Below, piece by piece: positions 1 to 13,200 of a stretch of 64,000 nucleotides of DNA. Each line of letters opens with the position of its first letter. Positions within the stretch are counted from its first letter, which is position 1. The notes under the pieces are model-generated. The model ran no database searches, had not been told where the DNA came from, and saw only the letters and a list, made by a program, of their open reading frames with translations. Source of the stretch: Candidatus Eiseniibacteriota bacterium (GTDB taxonomy: Bacteria; Eisenbacteria; RBG-16-71-46); NCBI GenBank assembly GCA_963744995.1, contig CAVUWA010000010.1, positions 704,001-768,000 on the forward strand, given 5' to 3'. A program made the translations under genes and the position numbers.

Positions 1-730
1 TCGCACCATAGCCGGGACGGCCTGCGCGCTCGGCGCCGGGCTCCAGGACGAGCGCATCCCACGGCCGCCAGTAGCGCGTCAGGCGAAAGCCGCGTTCGTC
101 CACCTCCAGCACGTGCGCGGGCGGCAGCTGGCGGATCCCGGCGAACGCGCAGTCCTGCCCGGCGATGAAGCCGTGCACCAGGTAGCGCGCGATCGAGGGC
201 GCGTCGGGTTCGAAGGCGTACCACGGCAGGATCGCCAGCGCGCCGGGCTCGGAAGCGAAGGCGAACGCGCGCGGACTCTCCAGCGTGAACAGCGGCTTCT
301 CCCCGGCGCGATCGCGGGCGAGCGTCATCCGCCGCGCGCGTGCATCCCATACCGCCACGGCGAACTGGCCGTCGATGCGGCCCGGAAAAGCCGCGCCGTC
401 TTCCTCGTAGAGATGGGGCACGGTGACGGTGTCGGCGCCGTCGGGCAGCGCATGGCCGCGGGCGGCGAGCTCGCCGCGCAGCAGCGCGTGGTTGTAGATC
501 TCGCCGTTCAGTACGGCGTGCACGTGACCCGTCTCGTTGCCCGGCACCGCGGCCGGCGTGTGCGGCGCCACGATCGCAAGGCGCATCAGTCCGAGCGTGA
601 CTTCGCCGTCCTGCCAGATCGCGCTGCCGTCCGGGCCCCGATGCCGCAGCCGCTCGAGCATGCGCTGCACGAGCAGCGCGCGCTCGGCAGGGTCCATGTG
701 CGGCGCCCACAGTCCCGCGATCCCACACAT
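1..730 (-). CDS. asnB: Asparagine synthase (glutamine-hydrolysing), N-terminal part; truncated by window edge
   Basis: Not in the ORF track. Reverse-strand translation from ATG 730 gives MCGIAG...RHRGPD...NGEIYNH...IDGQFA...RDRAGEKPL, the class II GATase motifs of AsnB. Confidence 0.9.
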   Translation of the reverse strand, partial: MCGIAGLWAPHMDPAERALLVQRMLERLRHRGPDGSAIWQDGEVTLGLMRLAIVAPHTPAAVPGNETGHVHAVLNGEIYNHALLRGELAARGHALPDGADTVTVPHLYEEDGAAFPGRIDGQFAVAVWDARARRMTLARDRAGEKPLFTLESPRAFAFASEPGALAILPWYAFEPDAPSIARYLVHGFIAGQDCAFAGIRQLPPAHVLEVDERGFRLTRYWRPWDALVLEPGAERAGRPGYGA

Positions 731-837
731 CGTGAACTCGACCTCCAGCGTCCGGGTGTCACCCGCGCGGCACGTCTGCCGTTGCGCCGAGCGGGTCGGA
801 AGTGCCGCCCGCGGCGGGCGGCGCCCCGTGCGGCAGA

Positions 838-2511
838 TTAACGGCTATGCGTCTCCGGGCGATAGGCGACGAAACGCCGGTCGTGGAAGAAGACCTTCCA
901 CCCGGGCGGGGGCTCCGGATCCCCGCGCCCGGCCTGGCGGACGATCACACCGGCCGGCGGCGCGTCCGCGGGCCTCGGCGAGGGCACCCAGCGCCCGCGT
1001 CCCTCCAGCATCTCCCGGTAATACACCAGATAGTTGCTGGTGAACTCGTGCCCGGTCCGGCTCACGAACCAGCCGCCGCGCCCGAGCAGAAAGTCGGTCC
1101 CCGGGCTGTAGCAGTACTCGTAGCGCACCCGCACGCCGGGGTCCGCGGCTTCGATCGCCGCGGCCAGCGGCGCGCCCGACGTGGTTCGCGCGAGCCGCAC
1201 GCCGGGCGCGTGGCCGGCGAGCAGGATGACCGGCGTGAACAGCGCCGCCGCGGCGAGCGCAGGACTCGCGCGCCGCGTGGCGGCGCCGCGCCACGCGAGC
1301 AGCGCCAGCCCCAGGAACGCGACGCCGAGCCAGCGGGCGCGCGCCATGCCGAGGGTCACCAGCTCCGGCGCGAGGTGCGAACCCCACGCGCCGTCACGGA
1401 GCCCGAAGATCCACGCCGCGATCGCGACCGCGGCCAGCAGCCCACCGAGCACCCTTCCGCCGCGCACGGCGCGGCGCGCGTCGCTCCATGCCTCGGCGGC
1501 GATCCACGCCAGGGCCGGAAACGCCGGCAGCAGGTAGGTCACGAGCTTCGAGCGCGAGAGCGCGAAGAACACCGCCGCGAACAGCACGAAGCCCAGCGCC
1601 ACCCGCGAGACCACGCCCACGCGCCGCGTCCACGGCGTCGCCAGCGACCACGGCAGCGCGCCGCCCGCGAGCACCGCGGGCACGAACCACCACGGCTGGT
1701 CGCGCTTGAATGCGCCGGTGGTCATGCGCCGGAACGTCTCGTCGACGAACGCATAGCGGGCGTACTCCGGGTGCCGTGCGAGCGCGAGCGCGAACCAGCC
1801 GCCGGCGAGCGCGAGGAACACGAGCCAGCCGGGCGCCCAGACGAGCCAGCGGAGCGGCGCGCGCGAGCGCAGCAGGAGCGCAGCGCCGACGCTGCCGCCC
1901 AGCGCCCACGCCAGCATGACCGGGCCCTTGGTGAGCACGCCGAGCGCGAGTGCGAGGAACATGACGAGCCGCAGCACGGCACGGGCGCGCGGACGGCGCC
2001 CCGGGTCCGCGGTCGGAACGCCCGCTCCCGCGCCGCCGGCGCCCACCGCGTCCAGCGTTTCGCGCGCGACGCCGAGCCACACCGCGGTGACGCACGCGGC
2101 GAGCAGCATGTCGAAGATCACGTAGGCCGACAGCACGGCGAACAACGGCGCGGTGGCGGCGAGCGCGACCACCGTCACCGCGCGCCGCGTCCCTTCGTGC
2201 GCCAGCGCGAACGCCCCGAGCATCGCGAGGATCGCCGCCGCCGCGACCGCGGCCGGAAGCCGCGCCGCGAACGGGGTCACGCCGAACGCGCGGAACGCGA
2301 GCGTTTCCGCCCAGAACAGTGCCGGCGGCTTGTCGAGGTACGGCATGCCCGCCAGATGCGGAATCACGTAGTCGCGGATCGCCAGCATCTCGCGCCCGAC
2401 TTCCGCGTTGCGCCCCTCGTCCGGATCGACGAGCGGATAGGACGACGCCAGCCACAGGCTGCCCGCGAAGGCGATCGCGACGAGCAGGAGCACGAGCAGC
2501 CGGTCACGCAC
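838..2511 (-). CDS. ArnT/PMT-like (GT-C, GT39/83) membrane glycosyltransferase
   Basis: DPDEGRNAEVGREM, YLDKPPALFW, LTKGP and SKLVTYLLP motifs; many TM segments. Confidence 0.85.
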   Translation of the reverse strand: MRDRLLVLLLVAIAFAGSLWLASSYPLVDPDEGRNAEVGREMLAIRDYVIPHLAGMPYLDKPPALFWAETLAFRAFGVTPFAARLPAAVAAAAILAMLGAFALAHEGTRRAVTVVALAATAPLFAVLSAYVIFDMLLAACVTAVWLGVARETLDAVGAGGAGAGVPTADPGRRPRARAVLRLVMFLALALGVLTKGPVMLAWALGGSVGAALLLRSRAPLRWLVWAPGWLVFLALAGGWFALALARHPEYARYAFVDETFRRMTTGAFKRDQPWWFVPAVLAGGALPWSLATPWTRRVGVVSRVALGFVLFAAVFFALSRSKLVTYLLPAFPALAWIAAEAWSDARRAVRGGRVLGGLLAAVAIAAWIFGLRDGAWGSHLAPELVTLGMARARWLGVAFLGLALLAWRGAATRRASPALAAAALFTPVILLAGHAPGVRLARTTSGAPLAAAIEAADPGVRVRYEYCYSPGTDFLLGRGGWFVSRTGHEFTSNYLVYYREMLEGRGRWVPSPRPADAPPAGVIVRQAGRGDPEPPPGWKVFFHDRRFVAYRPETHSR

Positions 2512-2678
2512 GCTTCGAACCGGTCTTCCCGCGCCCGACGGGACACGCGCCGGCGTCCAGCGACGGGCGAGGGCAGGGCGTGCGGCCGCGCGACGGGCAG
2601 AGTCCCGGCCGCAGGCCCCGTCGCAGCGAGGCGCCGACCGCGCAACGCCGCCATCGCGCGTTCATGGACGCCTCAGCC

Positions 2679-4217
2679 CTAGCGGATTTCGTAGTTCGGG
2701 GCCTCTTGGGTGATCGTCACATCGTGCGGATGGCTCTCGCGCAGCCCGGCGCCGCTCACGCGCACGAAACGCGCCTCGCGCCTCAGGCCTTCGATGTCGC
2801 GCACGCCGCAGTAGCCCATTCCGGCGCGCAGCCCTCCCACCATCTGGAACACCGAGGTCGAAAGCGAGCCCTTGAACGGAACGCGTCCTTCGATGCCTTC
2901 GGGCACGAGTTTCGACAACTCGTCGGTGCCTTCCTGGAAGTAGCGCTCGCGGCTGCCGCGCGCCGCGGCCATCGCCGAAAGGGACCCCATGCCCCTGTAC
3001 ACCTTGTAGGAGCGACCCTCGAGCAGCACGACCTCGCCGGGACTCTCCTCGGTGCCGGCGAACAGCGAGCCGATCATCACCGAGTGCGCCCCCGAAGCGA
3101 GCGCCTTGACGATGTCGCCCGAGTACTTGATGCCGCCGTCGGCGATGATCGGGACGTCGAGCGCTTCGAGCGCGTGCGCCGCCTCCATGATGGCGGTGAC
3201 CTGCGCCATGCCGGCCCCGGTGACGACGCGCGTGGTGCAGATCGCGCCCGGGCCCATGCCCACCTTCACCGCGTCGGCGCCGGCGTCGGCGACCGCGCGG
3301 GCGCCTTCCGCGGTGCCCACGTTGCCGACCACCAGGTCCACGTTCTCGAAGCGCGTGCGCAGCGTCCGCGTGGCCTCCAGCACGCCGCGCGAGTGCGCGT
3401 GCGCGCTGTCCACGACGAGCGCGTCCACGCCGTGCTTCACCAGCTCGATCGAGCGCTCGAGGTAGTCCCCCGCCGCACCGACCGCGGCCGCGACGCGCAG
3501 GCGCCCGAGCGAGTCCTTGCAGGCGAGCGGATGCTTGATGCGCTTCTCGATGTCCTTGACCGTGATCAGGCCGCGCAGCATGCCGTCGGCGTCCACCACC
3601 GGGAGCTTCTCGATCCGATGCCGGGCGAGCGTCTCGCGTGCCTGCTCGAGCGTCGTGCCGACCGGTGCGGTGACGAGCCCCTCGCGGGTCATCACCTCGT
3701 CCACGCGACGCGTCCAGCGGTCTTCGAACCGCAGATCACGATTGGTGAGGATGCCGACGAGCCGCCCGTCCTCGGTGATCGGCACGCCGGAAATGTGGAA
3801 GCGCGCCATGATCGCCTGCGCTTCGGCGAGTGTCGCGTTCGGCGGCAGCGTGACCGGATCGGTGATCATGCCGCTCTCCGAGCGCTTCACGCGGTCGACC
3901 TGCGCCGCCTGCTCGCCGATCGGCATGTTCTTATGGACGACGCCGATGCCGCCCTCGCGCGCGAGTGCGATCGCGAGATTGGACTCGGTGACCGTGTCCA
4001 TCGCCGCGCTGACGATCGGGATCTGCAGGGGGATCCGGCGCGAGAAGCGAGTGGCCGTCTGCATCTCGCGCGGATGCGCCTCGGCATAGCGCGGCACCAG
4101 GAGCACGTCGTCGAAGGTGAGGGCCTCGGGGCCGACCTTGTCCGCACGTTCGCCGGCCGCCGGATTCGCGCTCGATGACGGTTGGATCTTTTCGGCCCAC
4201 ATCACTCGCTCGCTCAC
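2679..4217 (-). CDS. guaB: IMP dehydrogenase with CBS pair
   Basis: [41 protein letters not shown] and VPEGIEG; GTG 4217 follows a GGAGGAG RBS. Confidence 0.95.
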   Translation of the reverse strand: MSERVMWAEKIQPSSSANPAAGERADKVGPEALTFDDVLLVPRYAEAHPREMQTATRFSRRIPLQIPIVSAAMDTVTESNLAIALAREGGIGVVHKNMPIGEQAAQVDRVKRSESGMITDPVTLPPNATLAEAQAIMARFHISGVPITEDGRLVGILTNRDLRFEDRWTRRVDEVMTREGLVTAPVGTTLEQARETLARHRIEKLPVVDADGMLRGLITVKDIEKRIKHPLACKDSLGRLRVAAAVGAAGDYLERSIELVKHGVDALVVDSAHAHSRGVLEATRTLRTRFENVDLVVGNVGTAEGARAVADAGADAVKVGMGPGAICTTRVVTGAGMAQVTAIMEAAHALEALDVPIIADGGIKYSGDIVKALASGAHSVMIGSLFAGTEESPGEVVLLEGRSYKVYRGMGSLSAMAAARGSRERYFQEGTDELSKLVPEGIEGRVPFKGSLSTSVFQMVGGLRAGMGYCGVRDIEGLRREARFVRVSGAGLRESHPHDVTITQEAPNYEIR

Positions 4218-4273
4218 GATGGACTCCTCCCCTGAAAGCAGGAAGCCGCAGCGCGTCGCGCTGCGGCTCCCGT

Positions 4274-5011
4274 TCACTGCCCGCCGGAACTCGGCGGCAA
4301 CTGGGTCCTGGGCCTGGTCGACGGCAGATCGAAATAGTAGTTCACGCCGACGCGCGCATCGAACATGGCGAGGAAGCTGTTGTAACCGCTCGGAAAGCGG
4401 TCGTCGTCCTGCGCGAACACCCAGTGCCCGGCGATGCCGAGCTCGACGCTCGTGCTGGGCAGCGAGCTCATGAAGCGCTCGGCGCCGAGCTGGCCGCAGA
4501 CGCCCGGATAGAGCCCGCGGTGGAGCTCCAGGCTCACCGGATCCTTGAGGACCTTGCGGCGGTTCTCGATCCAGACGCGGTACATGCCCCCACCGACACC
4601 GAGGTGCCAGGTCCAGTGCCGCCCGCTGCGGGTCAGCTGCAGCTGCGCGGTGATCGGCACGACCTGGACGAGGTGTTCGTTCTTCAGCGTGTCGGAGGGA
4701 AAGTTCGGATCGGCGAACGGCGCGGCGTGGTTGCTGGCGTACGCGGTCCAGGTGTGACCGAAGGCAACCTGCCACCTGAGCCACGGGGCCACCACGTAGC
4801 GGAACTGCGCGGTGGTCGCGACGCGCGGCTGCGCGCCCTCGGAATAGTCCGCGTCCGCGATGAAGCTGTTGACGCCCAGCGCCAGACCAAGGGAGGCGCG
4901 GCCCGGAGCGGCGCCGGAATCGGGTTCGGCGGACGCCTGCGCGTGCACGACCGAGCCCGAAGCAAGCAGACCAAGCAACACGACGCCCACCGAAAGAAGG
5001 CGCGAGATCAT
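4274..5011 (-). CDS. Putative outer-membrane beta-barrel protein
   Basis: Signal peptide [25 protein letters not shown], amphipathic strands, [18 protein letters not shown] near the C-terminus. Confidence 0.65.
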   Translation of the reverse strand: MISRLLSVGVVLLGLLASGSVVHAQASAEPDSGAAPGRASLGLALGVNSFIADADYSEGAQPRVATTAQFRYVVAPWLRWQVAFGHTWTAYASNHAAPFADPNFPSDTLKNEHLVQVVPITAQLQLTRSGRHWTWHLGVGGGMYRVWIENRRKVLKDPVSLELHRGLYPGVCGQLGAERFMSSLPSTSVELGIAGHWVFAQDDDRFPSGYNSFLAMFDARVGVNYYFDLPSTRPRTQLPPSSGGQ

Positions 5012-5074
5012 TCGCTCATGACTCCTGATCCAATGGGATTGGAAGGATGGAAGGCCCGGTGCAATGAGCGCGGC

Positions 5075-5103
5075 AGTATAGGAACGGCCCCCGGGGGTGT
5101 CAA
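5075..5103 (-). promoter_or_regulatory. Sigma70-type promoter of the barrel/guaB genes
   Basis: TTGACA-17 bp-TATACT on the minus strand. Confidence 0.7.
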
Positions 5104-5483
5104 GGATGGCCGCGCCGCTTGCGCTCGATAAGACAAGCACTTCCAGCGTCGGGCCCGCATGCCGGCCGGCCCCCGGGGGGGCGGCTCGGAGCCTGCGGCG
5201 TCGAAACGTGGACGCCGGCGACGGACCACGAACGCTGCGCCGGGGCCGGGCCGCGATTCCGCAACGGCTTAGCCGCGGCACGGCCCGGAACGTCCATTGC
5301 AGGCCCTGCGGGCACCGGGATCCGCAACATCCACCCGCCAGTCCTTCCTCACCCCGCCCACCCAACGAACGTCAGTGGTTGATTCCCTCCGGGGCCGGCC
5401 GCCAACCGGCCCCTTCCCGGTCTTCATGGGCACGGGGCGCCGCCCGGGTCGTCGCCGCGAGCGGGTGCGGGCGTGCCCGGGAC

Positions 5484-5637
5484 GGCGCGGGGCGCGGGCG
5501 CGAACAGGCGCCGGGCGGACGCCCCGCAGGCGAGCAGGAGCCATGGATGGCGGGCTCGCCGAGGGAGAAGAACGCGCCGGCAGGAGCCGGCGCGATTCTG
5601 GTCCGCCCGGCGCCTGTTCGCGCCCGCGCCCCGCGCC
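5484..5637. repeat. Long inverted-repeat element A with GGA-loop interior
   Basis: 5484-5520 is the exact reverse complement of 5601-5637 (37 bp); the 80-nt interior has four A(N)GGA motifs. Confidence 0.85.
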
Positions 5638-5672
5638 ACATGCGGTTGGAAACCGCTTCTCCAGGCGATTCG

Positions 5673-5701
5673 TTGACACCCCCCAGGCCTCCCCGTAAAC
5701 T
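5673..5701 (+). promoter_or_regulatory. Sigma70-type promoter of secD
   Basis: TTGACA-17 bp-TAAACT. Confidence 0.65.
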
Positions 5702-5786
5702 CCCGCCCTCATTTTGCCCGCACACCCCGGGGCCGCAGCGACATCCGCCCGCGCCCCGTCCGGTTGAACCGTCCGCAGGGGGTTCC

Positions 5787-7349
<1,563 letters not shown>

Positions 7350-7365
7350 CCGGCGAGGCCCAGCA

Positions 7366-8286
7366 ATGTTTCAGATGCTGATCGGTGTCGATCTTCCGTT
7401 CATGAAGTACAGGCGCTTCGCCTTCGTCGTATCCGGGCTGCTCGTGGTCGCCACGGCGGTGTGGCTGATCGTCCACGGCGGGCCGAAGCTCGGTGTCGAC
7501 TTCGCCGGCGGATCGCTGCTGCAGATCCGCACCAGCCAGGCCCTGGCCGCGGACCAGGTCCGCGACGCGCTCGAGAAGGCCGGGCTGCCGAACGTCGAGT
7601 TGCAGCAGTTGCGCGGCGAGCAGCACAACGAGTACATGCTGCGTCTGCTGTCCTCCGGCGAGCGCCGCGACGTATTCCCGTCGATCAAGACCGCGATCGA
7701 GAAGGAGTTCCAGGGCACCACGGTGGAGCTGCGGCGCCAGGAGTCGGTCGGCCCCAAGGTCGGCCGCGAGCTGGGCCGCAAGGCGTTCTGGGCGATCCTC
7801 GGCAGCCTCGCCGGAATTCTGCTTTACGTCGGCATCCGCTATGAGTTCAAATTCGCCTTCGGAGCGGTGGTGGCCGTGTTCCACGACGTCTTCGTGACCC
7901 TCGGCATGCTCTGCTTCACCGGGCGAGAGATTTCCCTTCCTGTGGTCGCCGCACTGCTCACGATCGCCGGGTTTTCCATCAACGACACCATCGTCGTCTT
8001 CGACCGCATCCGGGAGCGGGGGAAGGCGCTGCGCCGTGAAAAACACTCGCGGGTCATGGACATCGCCGTGAACGAAACCCTGTCCCGAACCGTGATCACC
8101 TCGGTGACCGTGTTCTTCACGGCCCTCGCCTTGTACATCTGGGGCGGCGAAGTGCTGCGGGACTTCTCGTTCGCGATGGTCGTGGGCGTGGTGTTCGGTA
8201 CCTACTCGTCCGTCTACGTGGCCAGCGCGCTGGCGCTCGAGACCTGGTTGCACCTCGATCGGCGCCGCGGCGTGCAGGCCGAATAG
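7366..8286 (+). CDS. secF: Protein translocase subunit SecF
   Basis: GVDFAGG, VGPKVGREL, GFSINDTIVVFDRIRE and GTYSS; follows secD. Confidence 0.97.
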   Translation: MFQMLIGVDLPFMKYRRFAFVVSGLLVVATAVWLIVHGGPKLGVDFAGGSLLQIRTSQALAADQVRDALEKAGLPNVELQQLRGEQHNEYMLRLLSSGERRDVFPSIKTAIEKEFQGTTVELRRQESVGPKVGRELGRKAFWAILGSLAGILLYVGIRYEFKFAFGAVVAVFHDVFVTLGMLCFTGREISLPVVAALLTIAGFSINDTIVVFDRIRERGKALRREKHSRVMDIAVNETLSRTVITSVTVFFTALALYIWGGEVLRDFSFAMVVGVVFGTYSSVYVASALALETWLHLDRRRGVQAE

Positions 8287-8299
8287 AGGTTCTTCGATC

Positions 8300-9355
8300 A
8301 TGATTCGATCCGCAGCGTTCCCGGGACGCGTCCTCGCGGCGACATTCGCCGTGTTCATGCTCGCCGGCTGTGTGAAGAAACAGCCCACCGAAGTCAGTCC
8401 GTCCTACGTTCCGGAAGGCACCCCCGCGGCCTCGTCCGCGCGCCTGATCGCCTACCCGGACATGCCGAGCATCCTGACGACTTACCTCGACCGGGCGCCG
8501 CTCGGCACGATCGGCGCGGAGGACTCGGCGATCAGCACCAGCGAGGTGCGCAGGGGCTCGCCGGGCACGGTGCACTTGATGCTGTTCGACGGCACCCACG
8601 CGAGCGCTTTCGAAGTGCTGCGCCGCGAGACGGGCGGCGGCTATTTCAACCTCAACGACTTCCTGGTGCCGCCGGCGCGCAAGTGGATCAAGCTGGCTCG
8701 CGAGGTCTACGTGACCGAGGACGACAGACCGGGCGGCTACCAGCCCCCCACGTACATGATGCGCGGGCTTCTCGGAGGCGAGGTCACCAGCGAGTCGCCG
8801 CTCAGCAACGCCGCGATCGTGCGCACGACGCCGATCGAGCCGATCATCTACACGGGCTCCACCGTGACCGCCGACTCGAATTTCACGATTTCGTGGGCCG
8901 AGGTGCCCGGAGCCGCCGGCTACTGGATCCAGGTTTATCAGTTCCTCGAAGCGCGACGCGATGATCAGGTGCTGAGCGGCGTGCCCGCGCCGGCCTACGT
9001 CGAGAAGGAGCGCGACTACTTCTTCGGCTACCTGCCCGCGCCGAGGTCGAGCTACCACCTGGGCACCACGCCTGCGGACCTGGACCTCTTCACGCGCAAC
9101 ACCATTCTGCGCGGCCAGGTGTATCTGGTTCGCATTGCGGCGGTCGATGCCGACGGCGGCCTGATGGCGTACACCTACGGCGATTACGACGTGATTCCGA
9201 GCGAAGACACCCCCGAGTACACGCTCTTTCCGCTCGGCGCCGTGAGGATCGACGTCCGCTCCGGCGCACCGCAGGCATCGCGGCGGCCTGCGGGTGGTGC
9301 CCCTCTCGAGGGCGTCGGCCTGTCGATGGGCGAGGGGCCGATCGTCAGGCGATAG
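8300..9355 (+). CDS. Hypothetical lipoprotein with FN3-like C-terminal domain
   Basis: Lipobox MLAGC; ISWAEVPGAAGYWIQV...YLVRIAAVDADG resembles fibronectin type III. Confidence 0.6.
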   Translation: MIRSAAFPGRVLAATFAVFMLAGCVKKQPTEVSPSYVPEGTPAASSARLIAYPDMPSILTTYLDRAPLGTIGAEDSAISTSEVRRGSPGTVHLMLFDGTHASAFEVLRRETGGGYFNLNDFLVPPARKWIKLAREVYVTEDDRPGGYQPPTYMMRGLLGGEVTSESPLSNAAIVRTTPIEPIIYTGSTVTADSNFTISWAEVPGAAGYWIQVYQFLEARRDDQVLSGVPAPAYVEKERDYFFGYLPAPRSSYHLGTTPADLDLFTRNTILRGQVYLVRIAAVDADGGLMAYTYGDYDVIPSEDTPEYTLFPLGAVRIDVRSGAPQASRRPAGGAPLEGVGLSMGEGPIVRR

Positions 9356-9542
9356 CCCCGCTCGGCAGCCCCGGGCAGGGGCGAAACGGCGCATCCACGC
9401 CCGCGGCGGCCCCCGTCGCGGGCGTCTTGCGCTCCGGCGCGGGGCGGGCTTGCGCGGGCATGACATGTGGGCCCCGCGCCCCTCCTATCCTTCTCATCGG
9501 GATCCGTCCACGACCGCGACTTCGCCGAGACGCCGAGGACCG

Positions 9543-10238
9543 ATGACACACGCTCGCACCCTCGCGCTGGCGGCGCTCGCCGCCGGCGCTCTCCTTCTGC
9601 CCCACCCTGCTCGCGCGGAGACCCCCACCCCGCCCGGTGCGCGCGACTTCGGCGTCGCCCGCCTCAAGTACGGGGGCGGCGGGGACTGGTATGAGGACCG
9701 CACCTCGATCGGCAACCTGATGAGGGCGCTTCGCCAGCGCACCTCCATTCCGGTCGCGGGCGATCACGAGGCGATCGTCGAGCCCGGCTCGGCCGCGCTG
9801 TTCCAGTATCCCTTCGTGTTCGCGTGCGGCCACGGCAACATCAAGTTCACCGAGGCGGAAGTCGAGAACATGCGGCAGTACCTGACGTCGGGGGGGTTCC
9901 TCTGGGTCGACGACGATTTCGGCATCGATACCTCGCTCCGGCGCGAGATGAAGCGCGTGTTCCCCGAATCCGAGTTCGTCGAACTGCCGTACTCGCACCC
10001 GATTTTTCACGGTCTTTACGAGTTCCCGAAGGGGCTCCCCAAGGTCCACGAGCACGACGGCGGCCCGGCCCGGGCCTTCGGAATTGTCCGCGACGGAAGG
10101 CTGGTTGTATTCTATTCGTTCGACTGCGATCTCGGTGACGGTCTCGAGGACCCCGAAATCCACGGCGACCCGCCCGCGATCCGCGAAGCGGCCCTCCGCA
10201 TGGCCCTCAACATCGTCCACTACGCGCTCACGCGCTGA
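9543..10238 (+). CDS. DUF4159 family exported protein
   Basis: RLKYGGGGDWY, YPFVFACGHG, GGFLWVDD, HPIF and DLGDG; signal peptide. Confidence 0.85.
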   Translation: MTHARTLALAALAAGALLLPHPARAETPTPPGARDFGVARLKYGGGGDWYEDRTSIGNLMRALRQRTSIPVAGDHEAIVEPGSAALFQYPFVFACGHGNIKFTEAEVENMRQYLTSGGFLWVDDDFGIDTSLRREMKRVFPESEFVELPYSHPIFHGLYEFPKGLPKVHEHDGGPARAFGIVRDGRLVVFYSFDCDLGDGLEDPEIHGDPPAIREAALRMALNIVHYALTR

Positions 10239-10268
10239 CCTTCACGCCGGGCCGCGAACGGGACAGCG

Positions 10269-13200
10269 ATGACACCTCGGAAGCCGACCCGACAGCCGCT
10301 CCGCATCGCCCTCGCCCGCCACCACGGCCGGGTCCGCAGGGCGCTCCTCGCGCGCCTCGCGCTGCGCGCCGCCGCCGGTGGCGCCGCTCTGGTCGTGCTC
10401 GCGGTCGCGCTCGGCATGCTGCTGCCGCTGCTGCCCGCCACGGCCTTCGCGCGCCTCGCCCTCGTCGTCGCCGGCGGCCTCGCGCTCGCGGCGGCTGCGG
10501 CCCTTGCGTTCCGGCGCACCGTCCCCGGCTTCGACGGTTACCTCGAGCGTATCGAGCAGCGCTTTCCCGAGCTGCGCTCGTGGCTGCGCAACGCGCTCGA
10601 CTTCGAGCGCCGTCCACCCGTGCACGGCTCCGCCGAGCTGGCCGAGGCCGTCGCCGAACAGACCGCGGTCCGCTTCCAGGGCGTGAAGGTCGAGACGCTC
10701 ACGCCGGCCGTCCGCCCGCGGGCTCCGGTGTTCGCGATGGCGGGCGCCATGCTGGCCATCGTGCTGCTCGGCATCGCGAGCCCCGCGCGGGTGTCGCGCT
10801 CGTGGCAGACGCTCTGGAATCCGGCGATCGCCGCGCCGCCGGTGCGGCTCGCCGTCGAGCCGGGTTCGGTGAAGGTCACCCCCGGGGCCGCGCTTGCGGT
10901 GCGCGCCCGCGTCTGGGGCAGCGCCCAGCGGCCGCGCATCGAGCGCTCCGGCGAGCGCGAAGTGGCCGCTGCGTCGGAAGGCACCGACGCGGCGGGCGCG
11001 CGGGTCTGGCGCTTCGATCTCGCCCAGCTCACGCGCGCGCAGCGGTACCGCGTGAAGGTGGCCGGCACGGCCAGCCCCGCATACGAGATCACGCTCGCCG
11101 GCGAGCCGCAGGCCTTGAGCTTCACTTTCGAGTACGTCGCCCCCGCCTACGCGCGGCTTCCGGATCAGCGCGGCGCGTCCACGCGCGGCGATCTCACCGC
11201 CCTGCGCGGCAGCCGCGCGACCGTCGAGGTGACGTTCGACCGCGACCTCGAGAAGCTCGGCGCCACCCTGCCCGATGGAACGGACGGGGCGTGGACCGCG
11301 TTGACCCCCCGGCGCTGGAAGGGCGTGGTGCCGATCGACGTCGAAGGCGAGTACGAGCTGCACGCGCAGGCCGCGGCCGGCTCCGCCGACTTCCGCTACC
11401 GCGTGAGCCCGATCGGCGACGCGCCGCCGATTCTGACCGTGATCACGCCGGAGACCGATCTCGACCTGCCGGCGGGCCAGCAGATCCCACTCGAGGTCGT
11501 CGGCCAGGACGACCTCGGCCTCTCCGAGCTGCGCCTGCAGTTCCGCAAGGACCCGGCGGCGGCCTGGTCCAGTCGCACGCTCGCGCGCTTCGACGACGAG
11601 CCGCGTGAGGCGCACGTGACGAGCCGCTGGGACGCTGCGCCGCTCGCGCTCCTGCCGGGCGAGACGGCGACGTTCCGCTTCGAGATGTTCGACGACAACC
11701 GGGTGAGCGGGCGCGGACGCACGGTGAGCCCGGAGTTCGAGCTGCGCTTCCCGTCGATGGCCGACCTCTACCAGCAGATCGATCGCAGCCAGCAGGGCGT
11801 GCAGCAGGCGCTCGAGAAGGTTTCGGACCGCGCGCGCGACCTGCAGAAGTCGCTCGACCGCATGTCGCACCAGCAGCCGCCGCAACCGCAGCGCTCGTCG
11901 GCGAAGGCCTCGCCCGACTTCGAGCGCACCGAAGAGATGAAGCGCACGCTCGAGCAGCAGCAGGACCTCACCCGGCAGATCGACCAGGCGGTGCAGGACC
12001 TCAGGCAGTCGCTCGAACACTCGGCCGAGCGCCAGGCGTTCAACGAGGAGCTGCAGCGCAAGATGCGGGAACTCTCCGAGCTGATGCAGCAGATCCAGTC
12101 GCAGGAGCTCAGGGACGCCATGCGCCGCATGCAGCAGGCCCTCGAACAGATGGATCCGCAGCAGATGGAGCGGAACCTGACCAGCATGAAGGAGCAGAAC
12201 GAGAAGATGCTCGAACAGCTGGATCGCTCGATCGAGCTGCTCAAGCAGCTGCGCGAGGAAGAGAAGATGCAGGCGCTCGCCCGGCGGGCCGAGGAGCTGA
12301 AGCGCCAGCAGGACGCGCTGAACGACGCGCACGACAGGCAGGCGCAGAAAGCCGACGCGAAGGACGCCGATTCGAAGAAGCCCGACTCGAAGGAAGGTGA
12401 CGCGAAGCAGAACCCCGAGGCCGCGAACGAGGACCTGGCCCGGCGCCAGGAGCGCGCCGCGGAGCAGACGGATCAGCTCGCCACCGACGTGAAGGAGATG
12501 CAGCAGAATCTCGAGCGCCCGGCCGAGAAGGACGCGATGCAGCAGGCCGCCAGGGAGCTGGAGCAGCAGGCCGCGTCCCAGCAGCGGCTGGCCGCGCAGC
12601 AGGCGCAGCAGAACCAGTCGGGCCAGGCGGGAAAGTCGGGCGAGAAGGCCAGCGAGAGCCTGGAGCATGCGGCCAAACAATTGCAGCAGATGGCGCAGCA
12701 GCGCGAGCAGGAACGCGAGGGCGTGGACCTGGCCGCCGTGCGCCGCGCGGCCAAGGACCTCGTGTCGCTGCAGCGTTCGGCCGAGGAGAACATGACCTCG
12801 GCCCCCGACGCCCCGGAGCGCGCCGATCGCCAGACCGACCTGTCCGAAGGCGTCGCGCGGGTGGCCGATTCACTCTACACGCTCGCAAAGCGCTCGCCGT
12901 TCATCACTCAGAACCTCGCGCAGTCGCTCGGCCGCGCGATGGAGAACCTGTCCACGTCGGGCAAGGAGCTCGCATCGGGCAACCGGCGCCGCGGCGAGAA
13001 CAGCGGCCGCGAGGCGGCGGAGTCGCTCAACGAGGCGATCCTCGAGCTGCGCAAGTCCGAGGACGCGATGTGCAAGAAGCCGGGCTCGAGCGGCGGCCAG
13101 CGGAGCCGCTCGACGGAGCAGCGGCTCGGCGAGATGGGCGAGCAGCAGAGCCAGGTCAATCGCGAGACGCGTTCGCTGGCGCAGCGCCTGTCGGAGCAGA

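Noticed and set aside
2536..2597. CGACGGG three times upstream of the ArnT-like gene
   Set aside because: Irregular spacing (25 and 30 bp); a 7-mer in very GC-rich DNA
5381..5400. Similarity of GATTCCCTCCGGGGCCGGCC to 35705-35730
   Set aside because: Short, gapped and GC-rich; cannot be separated from chance
10242..12680. Long antisense or alternative-frame ORFs here and throughout the track (e.g. 802-2682, 29424-31922, 46491-48923)
   Set aside because: Arg/Ala/Pro-rich shadows of real genes, expected at high GC3
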